From positions 128,960,001-129,024,000 of the forward strand of contig OZ024743.1 in NCBI GenBank assembly GCA_964016885.1: a DNA stretch of 64,000 bases. Reading direction: 5' to 3'. The notes beneath the pieces were generated by a model. That model had not been told where the DNA came from and did not search any database. It worked only from the letters and a program-made list of their open reading frames with translations. Of the stretch, positions 12,674 through 28,800 are shown piece by piece (positions within the stretch are counted from its first letter, which is position 1; each line of letters begins with the position of its first letter). A program made the translations under genes and the position numbers. Origin of the DNA: Eledone cirrhosa (Eukaryota).

Positions 12674-15600
12674 ACCTAACAACAAGCACCAAACACCAAG
12701 CACCAAACACCAACCAGCAAACACCAAGCACCAAGCACCAAGCACCAAGCACCAAACACCAAACACCAAGCACCAAGCACCAATCACCTAACACCAAACA
12801 CCAAACACCAAGCACCAAACACCAACCACCAAACACCAAGCACCAAGCACCAAGCACCAAGCACCAAACACCAAGCACCAAACACCAAGCATCAAACACC
12901 TAACACCAAGCACCAAGCACCAAGTACCAAGCACCAAACACCAAGCACCAAACACCAAACACCAAGCACCAAACAGCAAACATCAAGCACCAAGCACCGA
13001 AAAAATAACACCAAGCACCAAACACCAACCACCAAACACCAAGCACCAAGGACCAAGCACCAAGCACCAAACACCAAACACCAAGCCCCAAACACCAAGC
13101 ACCAAGCACCAAGCACCAAGTACAAACACCAAGCACCAAGCACCAAACACCAAGCACCAAGCATCAAACACCAAACACCAAACACCAAGCACCAAGCACC
13201 AAGCACCAAGCATATAACACCAAACACCAAGCACCAAACACCAAGCAGCAATCACCAAGCACCAAACACCAAGCAGCCAGCAGCAAGCACCAAACACCAA
13301 ACACCAAGCACCAAGCACCAAAAACCAGACACCAAGCACCAAGCACCAAACACCTAACACCAAGCACCAAGTACCAAGCACCAAACACCAAGCACCAAAC
13401 ACCAAACACCAAGCACCAAGCACCAAACACCAAGCACCAAACACCAAGCACCAAGCACCAAACACCAAGCACCAAGCACCAAACACCAAGCACCAAGCAC
13501 CAAGCATCAAACACCAAACACCAAGCACCAAACACCAAGCACCAATCACCATGCATCAAACCCCAAGCAGCCAGCAGCAAGCACCAAAAACCAAACACCA
13601 AGCACCAAGCACCAAACACCAAGCACCAAGCACCAAACACCAAGCACCAAGCACCAAGCACCAAACACCAAGCACCAAAGACCAAGCATCAAGCACCAAA
13701 CACCAAGCACCCAGCACCAAACACCAAGCACCCAGCACCAAACACCAAGCACCCAGCACCAAACACCAAGCACCAAACACCAACCACCCAGCACCAAGCA
13801 CCAAAGACCAAGCACCAAACACCAAACACCAAACACCAAACACCAAGCACCAAGCACCAAGCACCAAACACCAAACACCAAACACCAAGCACCAAACACC
13901 AAACACCAAGCACCAGACACCAAGCACCAAACACCAAACACCAAACACCAAGCACGAAGCACCAAACACCAAACACCAAACACCAAGCACCAAACACCAA
14001 ACACCAAGCACCAAACACCAAACACCAAGCACCAGACACCAAGCACCAAACACCAAACACCAAGCACCAAACACCAAACACCAAGCACCAAGCACCAAAC
14101 ACCAAACACCAAGCACCAAGCACCAAACACCAAGCACCAAAGACCAAACACCAAACAGCAAACACCAAACACCATACAGCAAACACTAAACACCAAAAAG
14201 CAGACACCAAACAGCAAACACCAAACACCAAACACCAAACACCAAACAGCAAACACCAAACACCAAGCACCAAACACCAAGGACCAAGCACCAAACACCT
14301 AACACCAAGCACCAAGCACCAAGCACCAAACACCAAGCACCAAACACCAAACATCAAGCACCAAGCACCAAGTACCAAACACCAAGAACCAAGAACCAAA
14401 CACCAAGCACCAAGCACCAAGTACAAACACCAAGCACCAAGCACCAAGCACCAAACACCAAGAACCAAGCACCAAACACAAAACACCAAGCACCAAGCAC
14501 CAAGCATCAAACACCAAGCAGCAAACACCAAACACCAAGCACCAAGCACCAAACACAAAGCACCCAGCACCAAACACCAAGCACCAAGCACCAAGCACCA
14601 AAAACCAAACACCAAACACAAAACACCAAGCACCAAGCACCAAACACCAAACTCCAAGCACCAAGCACCAAGCACCAAACACCAAACACCAAGCACCAAG
14701 CACCAAGCACCAAGCACCAAACACCAAGCACCAAGCACCAAACACCAAACGCCAAACACCAAACACCAAGAACCAAGAACCAAACACCAATCACCAAGCA
14801 CCAAGTACAAACACCAAGCACCAAGCACCAAGCACCAAACACCAAGCACCAAGCACCAAACACAAAACACCAAGCACCAAGCACCAAGCATCAAACACCA
14901 AGCAGCAAACACCAAACACCAAGCACCAGGCACCAAGCACCAAACACAAAGCACCCTGCACCAAACACCAAGGACCAAGCACCAAGCACCAATCACCAAA
15001 AACCAAACACGAAACACGAAACACCAAGCACCAAGCACCAAACACCAAAATCGAAGCACCAAGCACCAAACACCAAACACCAAGCACCAAGCACCAAGCA
15101 CCAGGCACCAAACACCAAGCACCAAGCACCAAACACCAAGCACCAAACACCAAGCACCAAACACCAAACACCAAAAAGCAAACACCAAACACCAAACAGC
15201 AAACACCAAACAACAAACACCAAACAACAAACACCAAACAGCAAACAGCAAACACCAAACACCAAGCACCAAGCACCAAACACCAAACACCAAACACCAA
15301 GCACCAGGCACCAAACACCAAGCACCAAGCACCAAACACCAAACACTAAGCACCAAGCACCAAACACTAAGCACCAAGCACCAAACACCAAGCACCAAGC
15401 ACCAAACACCAAGCACCAAGCACCAAGCACCAAACACCAAACACCAAGCACCAAAGACCAAGCACCAAGCACCAAACACGAAACACGAAACACCAAGCAC
15501 CAAACACCAAACTCCAAGCACCAAACACCAAACACCAAGCACCAAGCACCAAGCACCAGGCACCAAACACCAAGCACCAAGCACCAAACACCAAGCAACA

Positions 15601-16765
15601 AGCACCAAACACCAAACACCAAACACCAAACAGCAAACAACATACAGCAAACACCAAACACCAAAAAGCAAACACCAAACACCAAACAGCAAACACCAAA
15701 CAACAAACACCAAACAACAAACACCAAACAGCAAACAGCAAACACCAAACACCAAGCACCAAGCACCAAACAGTAAGCACCAAACACCAAGCACCAAGCA
15801 CCAAACACCAAACACTAAGCACCAAGCACCAAACACTAAGCACCAAGCACCAAACACCAAGCACCAAGCACCAAACACCAAGCACCAAGCACCAAGCACC
15901 AAACACCAAACACCAAGCACCAAAGACCAAGTACCAAACACCAAACACCAAGCACCAAGCACCAAAAACCAAGCACCAAGCACCAAGCACCAAACACCTA
16001 ACACCAAGCACCAAGCACCAAGTACCAATCACCAAACACCAAGCACCAAACACCAAGCACCAAACACCAAGCACCAAACACCAAACACCAAGCACCAAAC
16101 ACCTAACACCAAACACCAAGCACCAAACACCAAGCACCAAACACCAAACACCAAGCACCAAGCACCAAACACCTAACACCAAGCACCAAACACCAAGCAC
16201 CAAGCACCAAGCACCAAGCGCCAAACACCAAGCACCAAACACCAAGCACCAAGCACCAAGCACCAAACACTAAGCACCAAGCACCAGACACCAAGCACCA
16301 AGCACCAAGCACCAAACACCAATCACCAAGCACCAAAGACCAAGCACCAAGCACCAAACACCAAGTACCCAGCACCAAACACCAAGCACTAAACACCAAC
16401 CACCCAGCACCAAGCACCAAACACCAAGCACCAAGCACCAAACACCAAACACCAAGCACCAAGCACCAAGCACCAAACACCAAGCACCTAGCACCAAACA
16501 CCAAACACCAAGCACAAAACACCAAGCACCAATCACCAAGCATCAAACACCAAGCAGCCAGCAGCAAGCACCAAACACCAAACACCAAGCACCAAGCACC
16601 AAAAACCAAACACGAAGCACCAAGCACCAAACACCTAACACCAAGCACCAAGCACCAAGTACCAAGCACCAAACACCAAGCACCAAACACCAAGCACCAA
16701 ACACCAAACACCTAACACTAAGCACCAAACACCAAGCACCAAACACCAACCACCAAACACCAAAC
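12674..16765 (+). repeat. 4092-bp HOR, complete copy
   Basis: Offsets 9459/13551, 9597/13689, 11275/15367 = 4092. Translations identical apart from one substitution near 16287. Confidence 0.95.
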
Positions 16766-19700
16766 ACCTAACAACAAGCACCAAACACCAAGCACCAAAC
16801 ACCAACCAGCAAACACCAAGCACCAAGCACCAAGCACCAAGCACCAAACACCAAACACCAAGCACCAAGCACCAATCACCTAACACCAAACACCAAACAC
16901 CAAGCACCAAACACCAACCACCAAACACCAAGCACCAAGCACCAAGCACCAAGCACCAAACACCAAGCACCAAACACCAAGCATCAAACACCTAACACCA
17001 AGCACCAAGCACCAAGTACCAAGCACCAAACACCAAGCACCAAACACCAAACACCAAGCACCAAACAGCAAACATCAAGCACCAAGCACCGAAAAAATAA
17101 CACCAAGCACCAAACACCAACCACCAAACACCAAGCACCAAGGACCAAGCACCAAGCACCAAACACCAAACACCAAGCCCCAAACACCAAGCACCAAGCA
17201 CCAAGCACCAAGTACAAACACCAAGCACCAAGCACCAAACACCAAGCACCAAGCATCAAACACCAAACACCAAACACCAAGCACCAAGCACCAAGCACCA
17301 AGCATATAACACCAAACACCAAGCACCAAACACCAAGCAGCAATCACCAAGCACCAAACACCAAGCAGCCAGCAGCAAGCACCAAACACCAAACACCAAG
17401 CACCAAGCACCAAAAACCAGACACCAAGCACCAAGCACCAAACACCTAACACCAAGCACCAAGTACCAAGCACCAAACACCAAGCACCAAACACCAAACA
17501 CCAAGCACCAAGCACCAAACACCAAGCACCAAACACCAAGCACCAAGCACCAAACACCAAGCACCAAGCACCAAACACCAAGCACCAAGCACCAAGCATC
17601 AAACACCAAACACCAAGCACCAAACACCAAGCACCAATCACCATGCATCAAACCCCAAGCAGCCAGCAGCAAGCACCAAAAACCAAACACCAAGCACCAA
17701 GCACCAAACACCAAGCACCAAGCACCAAACACCAAGCACCAAGCACCAAGCACCAAACACCAAGCACCAAAGACCAAGCATCAAGCACCAAACACCAAGC
17801 ACCCAGCACCAAACACCAAGCACCCAGCACCAAACACCAAGCACCCAGCACCAAACACCAAGCACCAAACACCAACCACCCAGCACCAAGCACCAAAGAC
17901 CAAGCACCAAACACCAAACACCAAACACCAAACACCAAGCACCAAGCACCAAGCACCAAACACCAAACACCAAACACCAAGCACCAAACACCAAACACCA
18001 AGCACCAGACACCAAGCACCAAACACCAAACACCAAACACCAAGCACGAAGCACCAAACACCAAACACCAAACACCAAGCACCAAACACCAAACACCAAG
18101 CACCAAACACCAAACACCAAGCACCAGACACCAAGCACCAAACACCAAACACCAAGCACCAAACACCAAACACCAAGCACCAAGCACCAAACACCAAACA
18201 CCAAGCACCAAGCACCAAACACCAAGCACCAAAGACCAAACACCAAACAGCAAACACCAAACACCATACAGCAAACACTAAACACCAAAAAGCAGACACC
18301 AAACAGCAAACACCAAACACCAAACACCAAACACCAAACAGCAAACACCAAACACCAAGCACCAAACACCAAGGACCAAGCACCAAACACCTAACACCAA
18401 GCACCAAGCACCAAGCACCAAACACCAAGCACCAAACACCAAACATCAAGCACCAAGCACCAAGTACCAAACACCAAGAACCAAGAACCAAACACCAAGC
18501 ACCAAGCACCAAGTACAAACACCAAGCACCAAGCACCAAGCACCAAACACCAAGAACCAAGCACCAAACACAAAACACCAAGCACCAAGCACCAAGCATC
18601 AAACACCAAGCAGCAAACACCAAACACCAAGCACCAAGCACCAAACACAAAGCACCCAGCACCAAACACCAAGCACCAAGCACCAAGCACCAAAAACCAA
18701 ACACCAAACACAAAACACCAAGCACCAAGCACCAAACACCAAACTCCAAGCACCAAGCACCAAGCACCAAACACCAAACACCAAGCACCAAGCACCAAGC
18801 ACCAAGCACCAAACACCAAGCACCAAGCACCAAACACCAAACGCCAAACACCAAACACCAAGAACCAAGAACCAAACACCAATCACCAAGCACCAAGTAC
18901 AAACACCAAGCACCAAGCACCAAGCACCAAACACCAAGCACCAAGCACCAAACACAAAACACCAAGCACCAAGCACCAAGCATCAAACACCAAGCAGCAA
19001 ACACCAAACACCAAGCACCAGGCACCAAGCACCAAACACAAAGCACCCTGCACCAAACACCAAGGACCAAGCACCAAGCACCAATCACCAAAAACCAAAC
19101 ACGAAACACGAAACACCAAGCACCAAGCACCAAACACCAAAATCGAAGCACCAAGCACCAAACACCAAACACCAAGCACCAAGCACCAAGCACCAGGCAC
19201 CAAACACCAAGCACCAAGCACCAAACACCAAGCACCAAACACCAAGCACCAAACACCAAACACCAAAAAGCAAACACCAAACACCAAACAGCAAACACCA
19301 AACAACAAACACCAAACAACAAACACCAAACAGCAAACAGCAAACACCAAACACCAAGCACCAAGCACCAAACACCAAACACCAAACACCAAGCACCAGG
19401 CACCAAACACCAAGCACCAAGCACCAAACACCAAACACTAAGCACCAAGCACCAAACACTAAGCACCAAGCACCAAACACCAAGCACCAAGCACCAAACA
19501 CCAAGCACCAAGCACCAAGCACCAAACACCAAACACCAAGCACCAAAGACCAAGCACCAAGCACCAAACACGAAACACGAAACACCAAGCACCAAACACC
19601 AAACTCCAAGCACCAAACACCAAACACCAAGCACCAAGCACCAAGCACCAGGCACCAAACACCAAGCACCAAGCACCAAACACCAAGCAACAAGCACCAA

Positions 19701-20023
19701 ACACCAAACACCAAACACCAAACAGCAAACAACATACAGCAAACACCAAACACCAAAAAGCAAACACCAAACACCAAACAGCAAACACCAAACAACAAAC
19801 ACCAAACAACAAACACCAAACAGCAAACAGCAAACACCAAACACCAAGCACCAAGCACCAAACAGTAAGCACCAAACACCAAGCACCAAGCACCAAACAC
19901 AAAACACTAAGCACCAAGCACCAAACACTAAGCACCAAGCACCAAACACCAAGCACCAAGCACCAAACACCAAGCACCAAGCACCAAGCACCAAACACCA
20001 AACACCAAGCACCAAAGACCAAG
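16766..20023 (+). repeat. 4092-bp HOR, partial copy (first ~3258 bp)
   Basis: Offsets 13551/17643, 14299/18391, 14993/19085 = 4092. Departs at 20024, where C stands in place of the T at 3259 of copy 1 and the following monomer order differs. Confidence 0.92.
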
Positions 20024-22890
20024 CACCAAGCACCAAACACCAAGCACCCAGCACCAAACACCAAGCACTAAACACCAACCACCCAGCACCAAGCACCAAA
20101 CACCAAGCACCAAGCACCTAACACCAAACACCAAACATCAAGCACCAAGCACCAAGCACCAAGCACCAAGCACCTAGCACCAAACACCAAACACCAAGCA
20201 CAAAACACCAAGCACCAATCACCAAGCATCAAAGACCAAGCAGCCAGCAGCAAGCACCAAACACCAAACACCAAGCACCAAGCACCAAAAACCAAACACC
20301 AAGCACCAAGCACCAAACACCTAACACGAAGCACCAAGCACCAAGTACCAAGCACCAAACACCAAGCACCAAACACCAAGCACCAAACACCAAGCACCAA
20401 ACACCAAACACCAAGCACCAAACACCTAACACCAAACACCAAGCACCAAACACCAAGCACCAAACACCAAACACCAAGCACCAAGCACCAAACACCTAAC
20501 ACCAAGCACCAAACACCAAGCACTAAGCACCAAGCACCAAGCACCAAACACCAAGCACCAAACACCAAGCACCAAACACCAAGCACCAAGCACCAAACAC
20601 CAAGCACCAAGCACCAAACACCAAGAACCAAGCACCAAGCACCAAGTACAAACACCAAGCACCAAGCACCAAACACCAAGCACCAAGCACCAAGCATCAA
20701 ACACCAAGCACCAAACACCAAGCACCAAGCACCAAGCACCAAACACCAAGCATATAACACCAAACACCAAACACCAAGCACCAAACACAAAACACCAAGC
20801 ACCAAGCACCAAAAACCAAACACCAAACACAAAACACCAAGCACCAAGCACCAAACACCAAACTCCAAGCACCAAGCACCAAGCACCAAACACCAAACAC
20901 CAAGCACCAAGCACCAAGCACCAAGCACCAAACACCAAGCACCAAGCACCAAACACCAAACGCCAAACACCAAACACCAAGAACCAAGAACCAAACACCA
21001 ATCACCAAGCACCAAGTACAAACACCAAGCACCAAGCACCAAGCACCAAACACCAAGCACCAAGCACCAAACACAAAACACCAAGCACCAAGCACCAAGC
21101 ATCAAACACCAAGCAGCAAACACCAAACACCAAGCACCAGGCACCAAGCACCAAACACAAAGCACCCTGCACCAAACACCAAGGACCAAGCACCAAGCAC
21201 CAATCACCAAAAACCAAACACGAAACACGAAACACCAAGCACCAAGCACCAAACACCAAAATCGAAGCACCAAGCACCAAACACCAAACACCAAGCACCA
21301 AGCACCAAGCACCAGGCACCAAACACCAAGCACCAAGCACCAAACACCAAGCACCAAACACCAAGCACCAAACACCAAACACCAAAAAGCAAACACCAAA
21401 CACCAAACAGCAAACACCAAACAACAAACACCAAACAACAAACACCAAACAGCAAACAGCAAACACCAAACACCAAGCACCAAGCACCAAACACCAAACA
21501 CCAAACACCAAGCACCAGGCACCAAACACCAAGCACCAAGCACCAAACACCAAACACTAAGCACCAAGCACCAAACACCAAGCACCAAGCACCAAACACC
21601 AAGCACCAAGCACCAAGCACCAAACACCAAACACCAAGCACCAAAGACCAAGCACCAAGCACCAAACACGAAACACGAAACACCAAGCACCAAACACCAA
21701 ACTCCAAGCACCAAACACCAAACACCAAGCACCAAGCACCAAGCACCAGGCACCAAACACCAAGCACCAAGCACCAAACACCAAGCAACAAGCACCAAAC
21801 ACCAAACACCAAACACCAAACAGCAAACAACATACAGCAAACACCAAACACCAAAAAGCAAACACCAAACACCAAACAGCAAACACCAAACAACAAACAC
21901 CAAACAACAAACACCAAACAGCAAACAGCAAACACCAAACACCAAGCACCAAGCACCAAACAGTAAGCACCAAACACCAAGCACCAAGCACCAAACACCA
22001 AACACTAAGCACCAAGCACCAAACACTAAGCACCAAGCACCAAACACCAAGCACCAAGCACCAAACACCAAGCACCAAGCACCAAGCACCAAACACCAAA
22101 CACCAAGCACCAAAGACCAAGCACCAAGCACCAAACACCAAGCACCCAGCACCAAACACCAAGCACTAAACACCAACCACCCAGCACCAAGCACCAAACA
22201 CCAAGCACCAAGCACCTAACACCAAACACCAAACATCAAGCACCAAGCACCAAGCACCAAGCACCAAGCACCTAGCACCAAACACCAAACACCAAGCACA
22301 AAACACCAAGCACCAATCACCAAGCATCAAAGACCAAGCAGCCAGCAGCAAGCACCAAACACCAAACACCAAGCACCAAGCACCAAAAACCAAACACCAA
22401 GCACCAAGCACCAAACACCTAACACGAAGCACCAAGCACCAAGTACCAAGCACCAAACACCAAGCACCAAACACCAAGCACCAAACACCAAGCACCAAAC
22501 ACCAAACACCAAGCACCAAACACCTAACACCAAACACCAAGCACCAAACACCAAGCACCAAACACCAAACACCAAGCACCAAGCACCAAACACCTAACAC
22601 CAAGCACCAAACACCAAGCACTAAGCACCAAGCACCAAGCACCAAACACCAAGCACCAAACACCAAGCACCAAACACCAAGCACCAAGCACCAAACACCA
22701 AGCACCAAGCACCAAACACCAAGAACCAAGCACCAAGCACCAAGTACAAACACCAAGCACCAAGCACCAAACACCAAGCACCAAGCACCAAGCATCAAAC
22801 ACCAAGCACCAAACACCAAGCACCAAGCACCAAGCACCAAACACCAAGCATATAACACCAAACACCAAACACCAAGCACCAAACACCAAA
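18674..22890 (+). repeat. Tandem duplication of ~2.1 kb (2119 bp + 2098 bp copies)
   Basis: Offsets 18883/21002 and 19085/21204 = 2119. Offsets 19459/21557, 19928/22026, 20229/22327 = 2098 after a 21-bp (3-monomer) deletion near 21555. Confidence 0.9.
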
Positions 22891-25800
22891 CACCAAGCAC
22901 CAAACACCAAGAACCAAGCACCAAGCACCAAGTACAAACACCAAGCACCAAGCACCAAACACCAAGCACCAAGCACCAAGCATCAAACACCAAGCACCAA
23001 ATACCAAGCACCAAGCACCAAGCATCAAACACCAAGCATATAACACCAAACACCAAACACCAACCACCAAACACCAAACACCAAGCACCAAGCACCAAAC
23101 ACCTAACACCATGCACCAAACACCAAGCACCAAACACCAAGCACCAAGCACCAAGCAATAAACACCAAGCACCAAACACCAAGCACCAAACACCAAGCAC
23201 CAAGCACCAAACACCAAGCACCAAGCACCAAACACCAAGAACCAAGCACCAAGCACCAAGTACAAACACCAAGCACCAAGCACCAAACACCAAGCACCTA
23301 GCACCAAACACCAAACACCAAGCACCAATCACCAAGCACCAAACACCAAGCAGCCAGCAGCAAGCACCAAACACCAAGCACCAAGCACCAAAAAACAGAC
23401 ACCAAGCACCAAGCACCAAACACCTAACACCAAGCACCAAGTACCAAGCACCAAACACCAAGCACCAAACACCAAACACCAAGCACCAAACACCAAACAC
23501 CAAGCACCAAGCACCAAACACCTAACACCAAGCACCAACCACCAAACACCAAGCACCAAGCACCAAGCACCAAGCACCAAACACCAAGCACCAAACACCA
23601 AGCACCAAACACCAAGCACCAAGCTCCAAACACCAAGCACCAAGCACCAAACACCAAGCACCAAGCACCAAGCATCAAACACCAAGCACCAAACACCAAA
23701 CACCAAGCACCAAGCACCAAGCATCAAACACCAAGCATATAACACCAAACACCAAGCACCAAGCACCCAGCACCAAACACCAAGCACCAAGCACCAAGCA
23801 AAAAGCACCAAACACCAAGCACCAAACACCAAACACCAAGCACCAAACACCAAACACCAAGCACCAAGCACCAAACACGTAACACCAAGCACCAAACACC
23901 AAGCACCAAACACCAACCACCAAACACCAAGCACCAAGCACCAAGCACCAAGCACCAAACACCAAGCACCAAACACCAAGCACCAAACACCTAACACCAA
24001 GCACCAAGCACCAAGTACCAAGCACCAAACACCAAGCACCAAATACCAAACACCAAGCACCAAACACCAAACACCAAGCACCAAGCACCAAACACCTAAC
24101 ACCAACCACCAAACACCAACCACCAAACACCAAGCACCAAGGACCAAGCACCAAGCACCAAGCACCAAACACCAAGCACCAAACACCAAGCACCAAGCAC
24201 CAAGCACCAAGTACAAACACCAAGCACCAAGCACCAAACACCAAGCACCAAGCATCAAACACCAAACACCAAACACCAAGCACCAAGCACCAAGCATCAA
24301 ACACCAAGCATATAACACCAAACACCAAGCACCAAGCACCAAACACCAAGAACCAAGCACCAAGCACCAAGTACAAACACCAATCACCAAGCACCAAACA
24401 CCATGCACCAAACACCAAGCACCAAGCACCAAGCACCAAGCATCAAACACCAAACACCAAGCACAAAGCATCAAACACCAAACACCAAGCACCAAACACC
24501 AAGCACAAATCACCATGCATCAAACACCAAGCAGCCAGCAGCAAGCACCAAACACCAAACACCAAACACCAAGCACCAAAAACCAAACACCAAGCACCAA
24601 GCACCAAACACCAAGCACCAAGCACCAAACACCAAGCACCAAGCACCAAGCACCAAGCACCAATCACCAAACACCACGCACCAAGCATCAAACACCAAAC
24701 ACCAAGCACCAAACACCAAGCAACAATGACCATGCATCAAACACCAAGCAGCCAGCAGCAAGCACCAAACACCAAACACCAAGCACCAAGCACCAAAAAC
24801 CAAACACCAAGCACCAAGCACCAAACACCAAGCACCAAGCACCAAACACCAAACACCAAGCACCAAGCACCAAACACCAAGCACCAAAGACCAAGCACCA
24901 AGCGCCAAACACCAAGCCCCCAGCACCAAACACCAAGCACCCAGCACCAAACACCAAGCACCAAACACCAACCACCCAGCACCAAGCACCAAACACCAAG
25001 CACCAAACACAAACACCACGCACCAAGCACCAAGCACCAAACACCAAACACCAAACACCAAGCACCAAACACCAAACACCAAGCACCAGACACCAAGCAC
25101 CAAACACGAAACACCAAACACCAAGCACCAAGCACCAAACACCAAACACCAAACACCAAACACCAAACACCAAGCACCAAAAACCAAACACCAAGCACCA
25201 GACACCAAGCACCAAACACCAAACACCAAGCACCAAACACCAAACACCAAGCACCAAGCACCAAACACCAAACACCAAGCACCAAGCACCAAACACCAAG
25301 CACCAAAGACCAAACACCAAACAGCAAACACCAAACACCATACAGCAAACACTGAACACCAAAAAGCAGACACCAAACAGCAAACACCAAACACCAAACA
25401 CCAAACACCAAACAGCAAACACCAAACACCAAGCACCAAGCACCAAGCACCAAAAACCAAACACCAAACACAAAACACCAAGCACCAAGCACCAAACACC
25501 AAACTCCAAGCACCAAGCACCAAGCACCAAACACCAAACACCAAGCACCAAGCACCAAGCACCAGGCACCAAACATCAAGCACCAAGCACCAAACACCAA
25601 GCATCAAGCACCAAACACCAAACGCCAAACACCAAACACCAAGAACCAAGAACCAAACACCAATCACCAAGCACCAAGTACAAACACCAAGCACCAAGCA
25701 CCAAGCACCAAACACCAAGCACCAAGCACCAAACACAAAACACCAAGCACCAAGCACCAAGCATCAAACACCAAGCAGCAAACACCAAACACCAAGCACC

Positions 25801-28800
25801 AAGCACCAAGCACCAAACACAAAGCACCCTGCACCAAACACCAAGGACCAAGCACCAAGAACCAATCACCAAAAACCAAACACGAAACACGAAACACCAA
25901 GCACCAAGCACCAAACACCAAAATCCAAGCACCAAGCACCAAACACCAAACACCAAGCACCAAGCACCAAGCACCAGGCACCAAACACCAAGCACCAAGC
26001 ACCAAACACCAAGCACCAAACACCAAGCACCAAACACCAAACACCAAAAAGCAAACACCAAACACCAAACAGCAAACACCAAACAACAAACACCAAACAA
26101 CAAACACCAAACAGCAAACAGCAAACACCAAACACCAAGCACCAAGCACCAAACACCAAACACCAAACACCAAGCACCAGGCACCAAACACCAAGCACCA
26201 AGCACCAAACACCAAACACTAAGCACCAAGCACCAAACACTAAGCACCAAGCACCAAACACCAAGCACCAAGCACCAAACACCAAGCACCAAGCACCAAG
26301 CACCAAACACCAAACACCAAGCACCAAAGACCAAGCACCAAGCACCAAACACGAAACACGAAACACCAAGCACCAAACACCAAACTCCAAGCACCAAACA
26401 CCAAACACCAAGCACCAAGCACCAAGCACCAGGCACCAAACACCAAGCACCAAGCACCAAACACCAAGCAACAAGCACCAAACACCAAACACCAAACACC
26501 AAACAGCAAACAACATACAGCAAACACCAAACACCAAAAAGCAAACACCAAACACCAAACAGCAAACACCAAACAACAAACACCAAACAACAAACACCAA
26601 ACAGCAAACAGCAAACACCAAACACCAAGCACCAAGCACCAAACAGTAAGCACCAAACACCAAGCACCAAGCACCAAACACCAAACACTAAGCACCAAGC
26701 ACCAAACACTAAGCACCAAGCACCAAAGACCAAGCACCAAGCACCAAACACCAAGCACCAAGCACCAAGCACCAAACACCAAACACCAAGCACCAAAGAC
26801 CAAGCACCAAGCACCAAACACCAAGCACCCAGCACCAAACACCAAGCACTAAACACCAACCACCCAGCACCAAGCACCAAACACCAAGCACCAAGCACCT
26901 AACACCAAACACCAAACATCAAGCACCAAGCACCAAGCACCAAGCACCAAGCACCTAGCACCAAACACCAAACACCAAGCACAAAACACCAAGCACCAAT
27001 CACCAAGCATCAAAGACCAAGCAGCCAGCAGCAAGCACCAAACACCAAACACCAAGCACCAAGCACCAAAAACCAAACACCAAGCACCAAGCACCAAACA
27101 CCTAACACGAAGCACCAAGCACCAAGTACCAAGCACCAAACACCAAGCACCAAACACCAAGCACCAAACACCAAGCACCAAACACCAAACACCAAGCACC
27201 AAACACCTAACACCAAACACCAAGCACCAAACACCAAGCACCAAACACCAAACACCAAGCACCAAGCACCAAACACCTAACACCAAGCACCAAACACCAA
27301 GCACTAAGCACCAAGCACCAAGCACCAAACACCAAGCACCAAACACCAAGCACCAAACACCAAGCACCAAGCACCAAACACCAAGCACCAAGCACCAAAC
27401 ACCAAGAACCAAGCACCAAGCACCAAGTACAAACACCAAGCACCAAGCACCAAACACCAAGCACCAAGCACCAAGCATCAAACACCAAGCACCAAACACC
27501 AAGCACCAAGCACCAAGCATCAAACACCAAGCATATAACACCAAACACCAAACACCAAGCACCAAACACCAAACACCAAGCACCAAACACCAAGAACCAA
27601 GCACCAAGCACCAAGTACAAACACCAAGCACCAAGCACCAAACACCAAGCACCAAGCACCAAGCATCAAACACCAAGCACCAAATACCAAGCACCAAGCA
27701 CCAAGCATCAAACACCAAGCATATAACACCAAACACCAAACACCAACCACCAAGCACCAAACACCTAACACCAAGCACCAAACACCAAGCACCAAACACC
27801 AAGCACCAAGCACCAAGCAATAAACACCAAGCACCAAACACCAAGCACCAAACACCAAGCACCAAGCACCAAACACCAAGCACCAAGCACCAAACACCAA
27901 GAACCAAGCACCAAGCACCAAGTACAAACACCAAGCACCAAGCACCAAACACCAAGCACCTAGCACCAAACACCAAACACCAAGCACCAATCACCAAGCA
28001 CCAAACACCAAGCAGCCAGCAGCAAGCACCAAACACCAAGCACCAAGCACCAAAAACCAGACACCAAGCACCAAGCACCAAACACCTAACACCAAGCACC
28101 AAGTACCAAGCACCAAACACCAAGCACCAAACACCAAACACCAAGCACCAAACACCAAACACCAAGCACCAAGCACCAAACACCTAACACCAAGCACCAA
28201 CCACCAAACACCAAGCACCAAGCACCAAGCACCAAGCACCAAACACCAAGCACCAAACACCAAGCACCAAACACCAAGCACCAAGCTCCAAACACCAAGC
28301 CCCAAGCACAAAACACCAAGCACCAAGCACCAAGCATCAAACACCAAGCACCAAACACCAAACACCAAGCACCAAGCACCAAGCATCAAACACCAAGCAT
28401 ATAACACCAAACACCAAGCACCAAGCACCCAGCCCCAAACACCAAGCACCAAGCACCAAGCAAAAAGCACCAAACACCAAGCACCAAACACCAAACACCA
28501 AGCACCAAACACCAAACACCAAGCACCAAGCACCAAACACGTAACACCAAGCACCAAACACCAAGCACCAAACACCAACCACCAAACACCAAACACCAAG
28601 CACCAAGCACCAAGCACCAAACACCAAGCACCAAACACCAAGCACCAAACACCTAACACCAAGCACCAAGCACCAAGTACCAAGCACCAAACACCAAGCA
28701 CCAAACACCAAACACCAAGCACCAAACACCAAACACCAAGCACCAAGCACCAAACACCTAACACCAACCACCAAACACCAACCACCAAACACCAAGCACC

